From an uncultured Spirochaetota bacterium (GTDB taxonomy: Bacteria; Spirochaetota; Spirochaetia; SZUA-6; Fen-1364), in contig CAVTHO010000005.1 of assembly GCA_963734545.1 (NCBI GenBank), positions 32,001-96,000 of the forward strand: a stretch of 64,000 nt of DNA, written 5' to 3'. Position numbers and translations under genes: made by a program. This document shows, one piece after another, positions 7,917 through 16,862 of the stretch (positions are counted from its first letter, which is position 1; every line of letters starts with the position of its first letter). The notes under the pieces were generated by a model. It saw only the letters and a list, made by a program, of their open reading frames with translations. It did no database searches and had not been told where the DNA came from.

Positions 7917-10096
7917 ATGACCACCTTTTTCACCTGGCTCTGGTCGGCGGCGCGGGTCGCCTCCTCGCCCCGGAGGTCGAGATAGGCGAACTTCTGCGCC
8001 AGCTCGGGATCCTTGTTCTGCAGATCCTGGTACGCCTTCTTTGCGATCGAATAGTTCTCCAGCGCGTGATTGGCGCGGGCAACGCAGAGCAGCACCGTGG
8101 GGCTGTTCGGGTCCTTCTTGTAGGCCCTGTTGTAGAACTCGAGGGCCTTGTCCACGTGGGACTGCACGAAATAGATATTGCCGATGTTGATCAGGGCCGG
8201 CACGTACTCTTCCTTTGCCAGCACCTGCAGGAGGCTCTTCTGCGCCTTGTCGAACAGGCCGTATCGCGAATAGAGAACCGCGAGGCTGTTCAGCGGCTTG
8301 GACTTGTTCGCCGCCTTGTTGACGGCAGCCAGGAGGGCAGCTTCCTGCCGCCCGATCTGGCCCGTGACAAAGGTGTTCACCTCGTCCGTGTAGACTTTCA
8401 CCAGCTTGTCCTGTTGAGGAATGGCGACATTGGAGTCAGTGCTGGAATAGCCGACCGGCTGGTACATGTTCCAGGCTTCATGCAGGGGATAGAATCCCGC
8501 CTGCTTCTTGGCGACATTCTCCCTCCATTCCTTGGCGCCGAGCTGCCACGCCTTCTGGAAGCCGCCTTCCCGCAGCGTGATCTCTATGGGCAGCCATACC
8601 TTGTTTCCCTGGTAGATGAAATCGTCGGAATTCTGGAAAGTCTTGCGCGCCTCATCAGGGCTCATCTGGAGCGCCACCGCCATGTAGATGTGGCCGGGAA
8701 TCGTGATGAACGCGGTCTCCACTCCCACTGCCTCGAACATCGAGGCGTACAGGACGGAGAAATCACTGCACTTGCCCCCCTTGTAGTCCAGCGTCTGCTG
8801 GGGGAACTGGATGTAGTCCACCGTCTTGTTGTCCGAGTTCAGCGTGGCGACAGGGTCGGTGGAGTACGTCAAGCCGAAGAGGGTGAGCGCGTCGTGCATG
8901 GCCATGGCCAAGAGCAGGTTGGGTTCGAGAGTGGCGCTCGCTTTGCCCTGCACCATCGACTGCACGTTCTTGGCGAACCTGACCGCGGTGGGATCATTTG
9001 CGGACACGAACGCGGCTGCTTTCCTGTCATCGTCCCACGTGAGCGAGTTGCGGCGCAGGACCTGCAGGGTCTGCACCGAGTCCTGCGTCAGGTCCTTTCC
9101 ATTGAGCGTGTACTGCAGCGTGACGCGCGCGGTCACCTTCGTGGCTTCCGTGTTGGCCAGTATGTCCTTTGTGAACAGGCCGAACAGATCGACCGAGGCG
9201 TCGGCGCCGGAGGCGATCTTGTCCGGTCCCCTTGTTTCCTTGGGATCGGTCATGTATTCCTTGACGAAGACGCTCACCTTGACGTTCTGCACGGCGGACT
9301 TCTCGTAGTTGTGCAGAACAACGGAGCCGATGGGATGATCGTCATAGAACTTGTAGAAAACCGGGTAGACATCCGAGATGCTGACCTTGCTCAACTGCAG
9401 GCCCGTTCCCGGCTTCAGCGTGCCCGGCTGCCCCTGGAGGAGCTGGGGCCTCGGCTGCTGCGGCCTGGCCGACTCGGGCTCGAACTTCTGCACGGTGACG
9501 GGCGTGCCCAGCCCGATCGAGGCTCCCAGGGAAACCCCGACGCCCGTATAGAGACCTATCTGGTAGAGGAACGAAGTGCCTAGATTCAGCGTCACCGCGG
9601 GCGGGAAAACCCAATAGACATCGAGCCCGGCTGTGACGTACGGGTTCCAGTATCCTTTTGGATCGCCGTTGATAAACCCATAGGTGGCCCCGCCGTCGGC
9701 ATGCGCTTCGACACCGAGATTGGGGATGAAGTTGTATGAGTAGCCGACACCGACCTTCGCGGAAGTGAAGGATACTGTCGTGTGCCCGGGGTTCGCGCTG
9801 TATCCATACTCGAGACCGACCCTGGCGAGCGCTTGCGGAAGAAAAGGCATGCGGTACTGACCGGTCACCGAGCCTCCTCCGCCAAGGGTGAAGAAGTTGG
9901 TGCTGTCACCAAGGGGAATGTTCAGGGTTGGGGATACCTGGATGGAATAGGGGGAAAGGTTCAGGGGTATCACCCCCGGTGCGGCTCCCGCATTCGGTGC
10001 AGCGGTCGCTGCCGCGACTGCCGGCTTGTCACTGCTCTGGGCCCATGCGCCAAGAATGCCCAGGAGAATGAATGCCATGACCAACGCCTTCTTCAT
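7904..10096 (-). CDS. Secreted multidomain protein: OM beta-barrel-like N-terminus, Ig-like region, transglutaminase-like core, C-terminal TPRs
   Basis: Signal peptide; amphipathic strands (e.g. AKVGVGYSYNF, YVTAGLDVYWVF); GKCSDFSVLYASMFEAVG...PGHIY...PIEIT; TPR helices such as ALINIGNIYF. Confidence 0.75.
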   Translation of the reverse strand: MKKALVMAFILLGILGAWAQSSDKPAVAAATAAPNAGAAPGVIPLNLSPYSIQVSPTLNIPLGDSTNFFTLGGGGSVTGQYRMPFLPQALARVGLEYGYSANPGHTTVSFTSAKVGVGYSYNFIPNLGVEAHADGGATYGFINGDPKGYWNPYVTAGLDVYWVFPPAVTLNLGTSFLYQIGLYTGVGVSLGASIGLGTPVTVQKFEPESARPQQPRPQLLQGQPGTLKPGTGLQLSKVSISDVYPVFYKFYDDHPIGSVVLHNYEKSAVQNVKVSVFVKEYMTDPKETRGPDKIASGADASVDLFGLFTKDILANTEATKVTARVTLQYTLNGKDLTQDSVQTLQVLRRNSLTWDDDRKAAAFVSANDPTAVRFAKNVQSMVQGKASATLEPNLLLAMAMHDALTLFGLTYSTDPVATLNSDNKTVDYIQFPQQTLDYKGGKCSDFSVLYASMFEAVGVETAFITIPGHIYMAVALQMSPDEARKTFQNSDDFIYQGNKVWLPIEITLREGGFQKAWQLGAKEWRENVAKKQAGFYPLHEAWNMYQPVGYSSTDSNVAIPQQDKLVKVYTDEVNTFVTGQIGRQEAALLAAVNKAANKSKPLNSLAVLYSRYGLFDKAQKSLLQVLAKEEYVPALINIGNIYFVQSHVDKALEFYNRAYKKDPNSPTVLLCVARANHALENYSIAKKAYQDLQNKDPELAQKFAYLDLRGEEATRAADQSQVKKVVIWQD

Positions 10097-10350
10097 AGGC
10101 CTGCCCTCCTGATCGCTCGTGGGCTTCTATGCCCCACAACAATTCGCTTTCACGCCATAAAGCCTGACTAATTTACTTATCTTTAACATGCAATGAATAT
10201 CGCCGAATATTAGCAAAATCAAATGGTATGCTGAGATTTCCGGAAAAAAAGTGGTTGGGCCAGCTATGCAAGCGTGCGAGAACTGATATTCCAGATCAGG
10301 GACGAGTTTGCAGGATATGGCATTAGTTCGATGCGCCGGGCAGGGGCTGC

Positions 10351-11403
10351 CTAAGGCTTCAGAACCACCCGCATCCCGTCGCGTGCCTCCATCACCCTGA
10401 ACGCTTCCTGGACCTGCTCGAGCTTGAGGATCGGATTTGCCAATAGCGCGGCGGGGAAGTCTCTGCGCCCCAGGAGGGTGACCGCCTTCTGCACCTGCCG
10501 CGGGGTGGAATCGCTTGCCCCGATCACGGCCAGCTCGCCGTAGTGGACCTTGCGGCTGTCGAGAGAGAGCATGCTCGTGCCGACCGGCAGCGACGCGAAC
10601 AGGCATACCCGGCCCTTCTTGCGCACAAGGTCGAGTGCCTGTTCCTGCGCGCCCGCATCCGGGGCTGCCACGATGACACAGTCGGCGCCCACGCCCCCGG
10701 TTTCCTCCCGCACTGCCGTCAGAAGGTCTTCCCGTGTCGTGTTCACGAGCCGGTCACAGGCAAAGCCCGCGGCCTGCGCGAGCCGCTTTCCCTCACGCTG
10801 TGCAAGGATGAGCTTCGCCGCCCCGTATTCCCGGGCGACAAAGAGGTTCATGATGCCCAGCGGCCCCGCGCCGAGCACGACAACCGTTTCGCCCCTGGCT
10901 ATGCCGCAATTCTCCACCGCGTTCACCGCGCAGCTCACCGGCTCGGCGAGCGCGGCGTGCTCGGGCAGGATCCCTTCGGGCACCCGGATCACGTGCCCGT
11001 TCTTCAGCGCAAGCGCGGGAATGACCACGTACTCCGCCATTCCACCGGGGTATGCGAACCCCATCGGTTTGAGCGCCGCGCAGAGGTTGTTCCAGCCGTG
11101 TATACAATAGAAGCATTCGCCGCAGGAAATCGAGGTCGCCATCACCACGCGCTCCCCGAGGGAGTACCCCGGGACCCCGCTGCCCACTGTCTCGACCAGA
11201 CCGGTGAACTCGTGGCCCATGGTCATGGGCGGCTTCATGCGGGGGTTGCCGTTCCTGAAAGTCTTGTGGTCGGATCCGCACACGGCGCAGGCGTCGATTT
11301 TCACCCGCAGCTCCCCTGCGCCGCATGGGGGAACAGGGACCTGCTCGACACGCACGTCCCCTTTGCCGTGGAACACGGCAGCCATCATTGTGCGCGGACT
11401 CAC
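10351..11403 (-). CDS. Zn-dependent MDR alcohol/polyol dehydrogenase (L-iditol 2-dehydrogenase-like)
   Basis: CGSD, GHEFTG, CGECFYC...C and GAGPLG motifs. GTG at 11403 overlaps the upstream stop; ATG 11388 is an alternative start. Confidence 0.88.
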   Translation of the reverse strand: MSPRTMMAAVFHGKGDVRVEQVPVPPCGAGELRVKIDACAVCGSDHKTFRNGNPRMKPPMTMGHEFTGLVETVGSGVPGYSLGERVVMATSISCGECFYCIHGWNNLCAALKPMGFAYPGGMAEYVVIPALALKNGHVIRVPEGILPEHAALAEPVSCAVNAVENCGIARGETVVVLGAGPLGIMNLFVAREYGAAKLILAQREGKRLAQAAGFACDRLVNTTREDLLTAVREETGGVGADCVIVAAPDAGAQEQALDLVRKKGRVCLFASLPVGTSMLSLDSRKVHYGELAVIGASDSTPRQVQKAVTLLGRRDFPAALLANPILKLEQVQEAFRVMEARDGMRVVLKP

Positions 11404-12083
11404 AGGGTCTTCAGCTCGATGGCGCGGCCCTTCAAGCCGCGATGGGTGGCTGTTCCGCGGGGTCCGGTCTCGTCGGCGTAGCCGATGAGCCAGGTGTTGC
11501 GGCCCTGCATGAGCTTGCCTTCGCCTCCCTGGTCCGGCGTGAAGTCGATGGGCGCATGCGCACCTTTCGGTTGTATCACGATGCAGCGGAATCCCTCCGC
11601 CTCGTGCACGTGAACCGGCGTGCTGTGCAGGCACCACGGGAAGACTTCATACACGGTCCCGCGGGGAACATAGAATGCGCGCGTGCGGGACACGTCGAAT
11701 GTGCCGGCCGGCCATACGATGTCGCACACGAGCCCCATCAGCACGACCATGTCCGTGCCGGCCACCACCACCTCGGCGCACTTGTGATATTCAAGGGCAT
11801 CGAGGCGCGTGTTTCTTCCCTGCACGGACTCCACCTGCAGCTCGGTGGAGCCGAAGATCTCGCGCAGGGTGGAGGCAAGCTCCGCCGGGCACGCATCGGC
11901 CTGCTCGCTCACGCTGCGGTGCACGCCGGCGCCGCTGCCCGGCAGCCCCTCTCGCGAGCCGAGGAGCGCGTCGACCGGCCGGTCGTGACGCACGCGGCCG
12001 TAGCGGAGGAAGCTGGTGTCGTCAACGGAGAGCATATCGATGTCGGGGTTGAGCTCGTTCAGCTTCCTCATCGTGCGGTCCAT
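11400..12083 (-). CDS. DUF4867-like cupin (ureidoglycolate lyase-like fold)
   Basis: GRNTRLDALEYHKCAEV...AFYVPRGTVYEV...LHSTP...NTWLI pattern, recognised from memory of the family. Confidence 0.7.
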   Translation of the reverse strand: MDRTMRKLNELNPDIDMLSVDDTSFLRYGRVRHDRPVDALLGSREGLPGSGAGVHRSVSEQADACPAELASTLREIFGSTELQVESVQGRNTRLDALEYHKCAEVVVAGTDMVVLMGLVCDIVWPAGTFDVSRTRAFYVPRGTVYEVFPWCLHSTPVHVHEAEGFRCIVIQPKGAHAPIDFTPDQGGEGKLMQGRNTWLIGYADETGPRGTATHRGLKGRAIELKTL

Positions 12084-12091
12084 GATTCCCC

Positions 12092-13099
12092 CTATGCCCG
12101 TTTCCGGTGTGTCAGGAAATCGATGGACACCGCGACGAGAAGGATGGCGCCGGTCACGAAGTTCGACCAGTACGGGGACACCCCCAGGAGATTGATGGCG
12201 GTCTGGATGAGGGCCAGAAGCACGATGCCGAGCACGGCGCCCAGGACCGTGCCTTCGCCGCCGTTCATGCTGGTGCCGCCGATGACCGCAGCCGAGATCG
12301 CGTCCAGCTCCACTCCCTGGTATCCGTACGGCGGGGCGGAGCTGAACCGCGCGATGGCCAGGATTCCCGCAATGGCCGCCAGGAGACCGGAAAGGACGTA
12401 CACGCCCATGCGCACCCGGTTGACGTTGATGCCGGAGAACCGCGCCGACTTCTCATTGCTGCCGATGTAGTAGACCTTGCGGAGGACCGTGGACCGGCGG
12501 GCCAGAAAGTCGAAGAGGATGACGACGACGATGAAGAGCACGATGACGAACTGCACGCCCGTCTGTCCCAGCATTCCCCGGCCGATGAACTTGAAGCTCG
12601 CCGGCACGTTGTTCAGGGGAAGCGGCATTGCCTCGGAAAAGACATACGCGGTGCCGCGCGCGATCTGGCTCATGGCGAGGGTGACGATGAACGGGGAAAG
12701 GCCCACGCGCGTGATGAAGAAGCCGTTGACGAACCCCACGAAGACCCCGACTCCGATGCCCGCAAGGGAAGCGATCCAGATGTTCCAGTTGTAGACGAGG
12801 AAGAGCTGGCCGGCCACCACGCCCACGAACGCCATGACGGCGGCCACGGAGAGATCGATGCCGCCGCTGATGAGGACCAGGGTCATGGCAATGACCACCC
12901 ACCCGTTGATGACGAAGATCTTGAACATCGTGCTGAAGTTCTCACCGGTGAGGAACACCGGGGAGAGGAAGGCCATGACGGCGCCGAGGATGAGGATGAT
13001 GAGGATCGTCGTACCTTCCCGGAATCCCGCCAGGCCGCCGAGCGCCCGCGCGAGGCCGGATTTCTGCCGCACCGGTCCCTGAAGGTTCAGCTGACTCAT
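12092..13099 (-). CDS. Sugar/polyol ABC transporter permease (RbsC family)
   Basis: LISGGIDLSV, IGSNEKSARFSGI and ELDAISAAVIGGTSMNGGEG motifs. Confidence 0.92.
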   Translation of the reverse strand: MSQLNLQGPVRQKSGLARALGGLAGFREGTTILIILILGAVMAFLSPVFLTGENFSTMFKIFVINGWVVIAMTLVLISGGIDLSVAAVMAFVGVVAGQLFLVYNWNIWIASLAGIGVGVFVGFVNGFFITRVGLSPFIVTLAMSQIARGTAYVFSEAMPLPLNNVPASFKFIGRGMLGQTGVQFVIVLFIVVVILFDFLARRSTVLRKVYYIGSNEKSARFSGINVNRVRMGVYVLSGLLAAIAGILAIARFSSAPPYGYQGVELDAISAAVIGGTSMNGGEGTVLGAVLGIVLLALIQTAINLLGVSPYWSNFVTGAILLVAVSIDFLTHRKRA

Positions 13100-13118
13100 G
13101 TTGACTACTCCTTCTTCC

Positions 13119-14627
13119 TCAATTCGTGCTGAGGCACGCCATCTGGATGATGGACGATTCGTTGATGTCCGCTCCCTCGAGCGTGCCGCACGTCCTGCCC
13201 TCGTACATGACGAGCACGCGGTCGCACACCCCCACGACCTCCGGGAGCTCCGAGGAGATCATGATCACCCCCACCCCCTTCGAGGCGAGCTCGCGCAGCA
13301 GGTGATAGATCTGGCTCTTCGCGCCGATGTCGATCCCCCGGGTGGGCTCGTCCATGAGGACGATCTTCGGGGAGACGGAGAGCAGCTTGGACACGAGGAC
13401 CTTCTGCTGGTTTCCGCCGCTCAGGCTGCGCAGCTTCTGAGAGACGCTCGCCACCTTGATCTGCATCTCGGTGACGAACCTCCGCGCGAGCCCGATCTCC
13501 CTGCTCTTCTGGATCAGCTTGAACCGGGCAACGGCGTCCAGCCGGATGACCGAGATGTTGGACGCGACGCTCATGTCGAGGAACAGCCCTTCACGGGCCC
13601 GGTCTTCGGTGAGATAGACGATGCCGTTGCGAATGGCGTCCTTGTAGCTGCGCAGGTTGAGCTTCTTCCCCATGAGGGACACCTCTCCGGCGCTCTTGCG
13701 GTACAACCCGCTGATGGTGCGGGCCACCTCCGTGCGGCCCGAACCGACGAGCCCGGCCATGCCGAGGATCTCCCCTCTGCGCAGGGAGAAGGAGACGCCG
13801 CTGAACTCGCCGTCCATGGCAAGGTCCTTCACTTCCAGGAGCACCTCCCCGCCGCCCGCGTCGGCGCTCTTCGGGGGATAGATGTCCTTCAGCTCCCGGC
13901 CCACCATGAGATTCACGAGAGACACCTGGTCGATGTCCCGCACCGGCCTCGTGTCGATGAGCGCTCCGTCCCGCAGCACGGTCACCATGTCGGCAATGGC
14001 GTAGATTTCCGCCAGGCGGTGGCTGATGTAGATGACGCCCATGCCCTTGCCGCGAAGGGTCCCGATGATGCGGAAGAGCGCCGCCGTCTCGGATTCGGTC
14101 AGGGCCGCCGTGGGCTCGTCGAAGATGATGACCCTGCAGTTGGCGGAGATCGCCTTGACGATCTCGACCACCTGCTGCTGCGACACGGAGAGATCCGCCA
14201 CTTTCTGACGCGGATTGATGAGGGCGTGCGAGTCGAAATCCGAGAGCAGCTTCCGCGCCATGGCATTGATGGCGCGAAACTGCACGAAACCTTTCCCCTC
14301 CCCCTTCATGGCGTGCATGAAGATGTTTTCCGCCACGGTGAGGTGCTGGCAGAGGGTGATCTCCTGGTGCACGAACCCGATGCCGATGCGCAGCGCATCA
14401 TGGGGGTCGCGAATGTGCAGCCGCCTGCCTTCGAGCAGGACCTCTCCGGTATCGGCCTGGTGAACGCCGCCGATGACGTTCATGAGGGTCGATTTGCCCG
14501 CCCCGTTCTCCCCCACGACGGCGTGGACGCTGCCGGGGGCGAAGGAAAGGCTGATGCCGGAGAGAGCCTGCGTGGCGCCGAAGCGCTTGCTGATGTTCCG
14601 TACTTCCAGAATTGCCGTTGTGTCCAT
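13119..14627 (-). CDS. Sugar ABC transporter ATP-binding protein (RbsA/MglA family, two ABC domains)
   Basis: GENGAGKST, LSGGNQQK and DEPTRGIDIGAK motifs. Confidence 0.93.
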   Translation of the reverse strand: MDTTAILEVRNISKRFGATQALSGISLSFAPGSVHAVVGENGAGKSTLMNVIGGVHQADTGEVLLEGRRLHIRDPHDALRIGIGFVHQEITLCQHLTVAENIFMHAMKGEGKGFVQFRAINAMARKLLSDFDSHALINPRQKVADLSVSQQQVVEIVKAISANCRVIIFDEPTAALTESETAALFRIIGTLRGKGMGVIYISHRLAEIYAIADMVTVLRDGALIDTRPVRDIDQVSLVNLMVGRELKDIYPPKSADAGGGEVLLEVKDLAMDGEFSGVSFSLRRGEILGMAGLVGSGRTEVARTISGLYRKSAGEVSLMGKKLNLRSYKDAIRNGIVYLTEDRAREGLFLDMSVASNISVIRLDAVARFKLIQKSREIGLARRFVTEMQIKVASVSQKLRSLSGGNQQKVLVSKLLSVSPKIVLMDEPTRGIDIGAKSQIYHLLRELASKGVGVIMISSELPEVVGVCDRVLVMYEGRTCGTLEGADINESSIIQMACLSTN

Positions 14628-14653
14628 GCCGCAGCTCCCTCGCGGAAAATGTC

Positions 14654-14674
14654 GGGCACGCCGAAGGCGTGCCC
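14654..14674. terminator. Hairpin between the binding-protein and ATPase genes (attenuator or mRNA stabiliser)
   Basis: GGGCACGCC-GAA-GGCGTGCCC. Confidence 0.5.
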
Positions 14675-14708
14675 TAAAGATACAACAATTTCCGACTTGC
14701 CCGGGATC

Positions 14709-15737
14709 CTACCAGGGCTTGAAGTTCGTCGCTCCGCGCGCCTTCTGCCACTTGTCGGTGTAGAAGTACTTCGCGTTGTCCTTGTTGATCAGGTCGAGCC
14801 CGTTGTCCACGTACGGAAGGTTCATGACGAACTGGCCGTTCGCCGTGGTACCGTTCAGCGGGTTGAGCATGTTGTTCTTGGTGAGATACAGAAGCATCAT
14901 GCAGAGGTAGCCCTGCACGTACGCGTTCGGCTGGATGGAGCCGAACATCTGTCCCGCCTCGATCATCTGGAGGATCGTCGCGTCCATGTCGCAGGTGAGG
15001 ACTTTGATCTTTCCGCCGAGCTCGACTGCCGCCTGGGCGGCGCCGCGGCCGGACGGCCCTTCGGGGGAGAATACCGCGCCGAGGTCAGGGAACTTCTGGG
15101 CGGTCTGCATGACTGCCGTGTACGCCTTCTGGTTGTCCTGCTGGGTAAGAATGTCGGCCACGACCTCGATCCCGGGGAACTCCGCCTTGATCGTGTTGAC
15201 GAAGGTGGTGGAGCGCAGCATGTGGTTGGACTGCGTGTTGCGGGTCACCATGACCTTGCCCTTGCCGCCGAGCGCCTTGCCGAGGGCCCGTGCCGCGAAC
15301 TGTCCTTCCTTCACGTTGTCGGAGGTCACGAACGCAACCTTCGATGCCGCGGAGGCGTTGCTGGCAAACGTCACGACAGGGATCTTCTTCTCGAATGCCG
15401 CGTTCACCGGCTCGACGAAGCCTGCGTCGTCGATGGGGGAGAGCGCGATGCCTGCCGGACTCTTCGACATGATCTGCTCGAAGACGGTCACCTGTTCGGG
15501 AAGCTTGTACTCAGGTGTGCCCTGGTACACGGCTTTGACCCCGAGCTGCTTTGCCGCGTCCTTGAAGCCTTCGAACGCCGCAACCCAGTACTCGACGCCG
15601 GACACGAACGTGCACATGTAGTAGGTCTGGTTGGCAGGCCCGTTGAACTTCTTGTTCTGAACCTGCGCGGACAGTGCCCCTGCCCCGATGAGGCAGAGCG
15701 CGAGCAATACACCGAGAACCTTGAAACGCCTGGCCAT
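14709..15737 (-). CDS. Sugar ABC transporter periplasmic substrate-binding protein
   Basis: Signal peptide ending ALSA-Q; class I periplasmic-binding fold (GIALSP, FVTSDN, QPNAYVQGY); AGGAGG RBS. Confidence 0.9.
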   Translation of the reverse strand: MARRFKVLGVLLALCLIGAGALSAQVQNKKFNGPANQTYYMCTFVSGVEYWVAAFEGFKDAAKQLGVKAVYQGTPEYKLPEQVTVFEQIMSKSPAGIALSPIDDAGFVEPVNAAFEKKIPVVTFASNASAASKVAFVTSDNVKEGQFAARALGKALGGKGKVMVTRNTQSNHMLRSTTFVNTIKAEFPGIEVVADILTQQDNQKAYTAVMQTAQKFPDLGAVFSPEGPSGRGAAQAAVELGGKIKVLTCDMDATILQMIEAGQMFGSIQPNAYVQGYLCMMLLYLTKNNMLNPLNGTTANGQFVMNLPYVDNGLDLINKDNAKYFYTDKWQKARGATNFKPW

Positions 15738-15769
15738 TGTTACCCTCCTTGTAGGTTAATGGTGACTGG

Positions 15770-15798
15770 ATTGTGGGGCATGAAATGCCGGTTGTCAA
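15770..15798 (-). promoter_or_regulatory. Sigma70-type promoter of the sugar ABC operon with an inverted repeat in the spacer (candidate IclR operator)
   Basis: TTGACA-17 nt-CACAAT on the minus strand; GGCAT-GAA-ATGCC at 15777-15789. Confidence 0.55.
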
Positions 15799-15945
15799 GA
15801 AAAATTTGATAAGTCAACGAAATATTTTAAATAACAAATATCTATCTCAAAATGACAGAAAAATGGAGAAAGCTGGCCTATAATCGATTTACTGGTGATT
15901 TTATGTATCTATACTTAGACGAAAAGGACCGGCCAGCGGCCGATC

Positions 15946-16800
15946 TCAGGAAGCAGAAGCGTGCGGGGTCTTGTCCGGCTGCGCCGCGCGGACTTTGCCG
16001 ACGAAGAAGCTGCCGGAGTAGCCGATATCCTTCGACACCCTCCAGGCGCACTCCAGAACGAGAAGCTCGAATGCGGCCTTGTTCGCCGCGTCGATGGTGC
16101 TGAGAAGGCACGTGACTCCCAGGCCGGCAACGACCTTGCCCTGCACGTCGAAAACCGGCGCGCCTATGCAGAGTATTCCCGACGTGTACTCCTCGTTGTC
16201 GTAGGCGAGCCCTGTCTGGCGCGTGCGCTCGAGCTGCTGCAGCAGCTCGGTGCGGAGCACGATGGTGTTGGGTGTCAGCCCGACGAGCCGGGACGGAATC
16301 ACCTGCTTCACCTCCTCCTCGTCCATGAAGGCGAGCACCGCCTTGCCGTACGCGTTGGGGTGATAGTAGACGAGGCTGCCCGGAACCACGCGCAGGTAGA
16401 ACTGCACCTCGGGGCTCACCGTGTCGATCACGAGCATCTGGTCGCCGTGAGGAATCTGGATCTGGCAGGTTTCTTCGGTCTCCCGGCAGAGCCACTCCAT
16501 GTGCGGCCGCGCCCGCTGCCGGAGCTCGAACCGGGTGTACAGGCTCATGCCCAGGGAGAACACGCGGGTGCTCAACTGGTAGCCGCTGGAGATGGGGTCC
16601 TGCACCGTGTATTCGCGCTCGGTCAGACGCTTGAGGATGCGGAAGACCGAATTGACGGGTATCTTCAGGCAGCGGGCGAGCTCGGTCGTCCCGAAAGGCC
16701 GGGGGTGCTTTGCCATGAACTCCAGGATGTCCAGGGCGCGATCCACCGCGGGAGCCGAGTACTCCCTGATCTTCTTTTCCACTTTGCTTCCTGCAGGCAT
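15946..16800 (-). CDS. IclR family transcriptional regulator
   Basis: APAVDRALDILE HTH start; GKAVLAF and YDNEEY...CIGAPVFD effector domain. Confidence 0.92.
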   Translation of the reverse strand: MPAGSKVEKKIREYSAPAVDRALDILEFMAKHPRPFGTTELARCLKIPVNSVFRILKRLTEREYTVQDPISSGYQLSTRVFSLGMSLYTRFELRQRARPHMEWLCRETEETCQIQIPHGDQMLVIDTVSPEVQFYLRVVPGSLVYYHPNAYGKAVLAFMDEEEVKQVIPSRLVGLTPNTIVLRTELLQQLERTRQTGLAYDNEEYTSGILCIGAPVFDVQGKVVAGLGVTCLLSTIDAANKAAFELLVLECAWRVSKDIGYSGSFFVGKVRAAQPDKTPHASAS

Positions 16801-16862
16801 TTCATTTCCAATCTATCGTTCCCGCCCCCGGGCGTCAAGGGAACTCGGGCATGACCGCCCGG

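Noticed and set aside
10097-10350. Possible sigma54 promoter or small RNA in the AT-rich intergenic region
   Set aside because: No correctly spaced GG-N10-GC motif and no convincing conserved structure
13098-15809. Long antisense ORFs (903 aa here; also 2903-4684, 7892-9583, 17427-19148, 45619-47469, 49198-51081, 55870-58008)
   Set aside because: Shadow frames of well-supported genes in high-GC DNA, with no recognisable motifs
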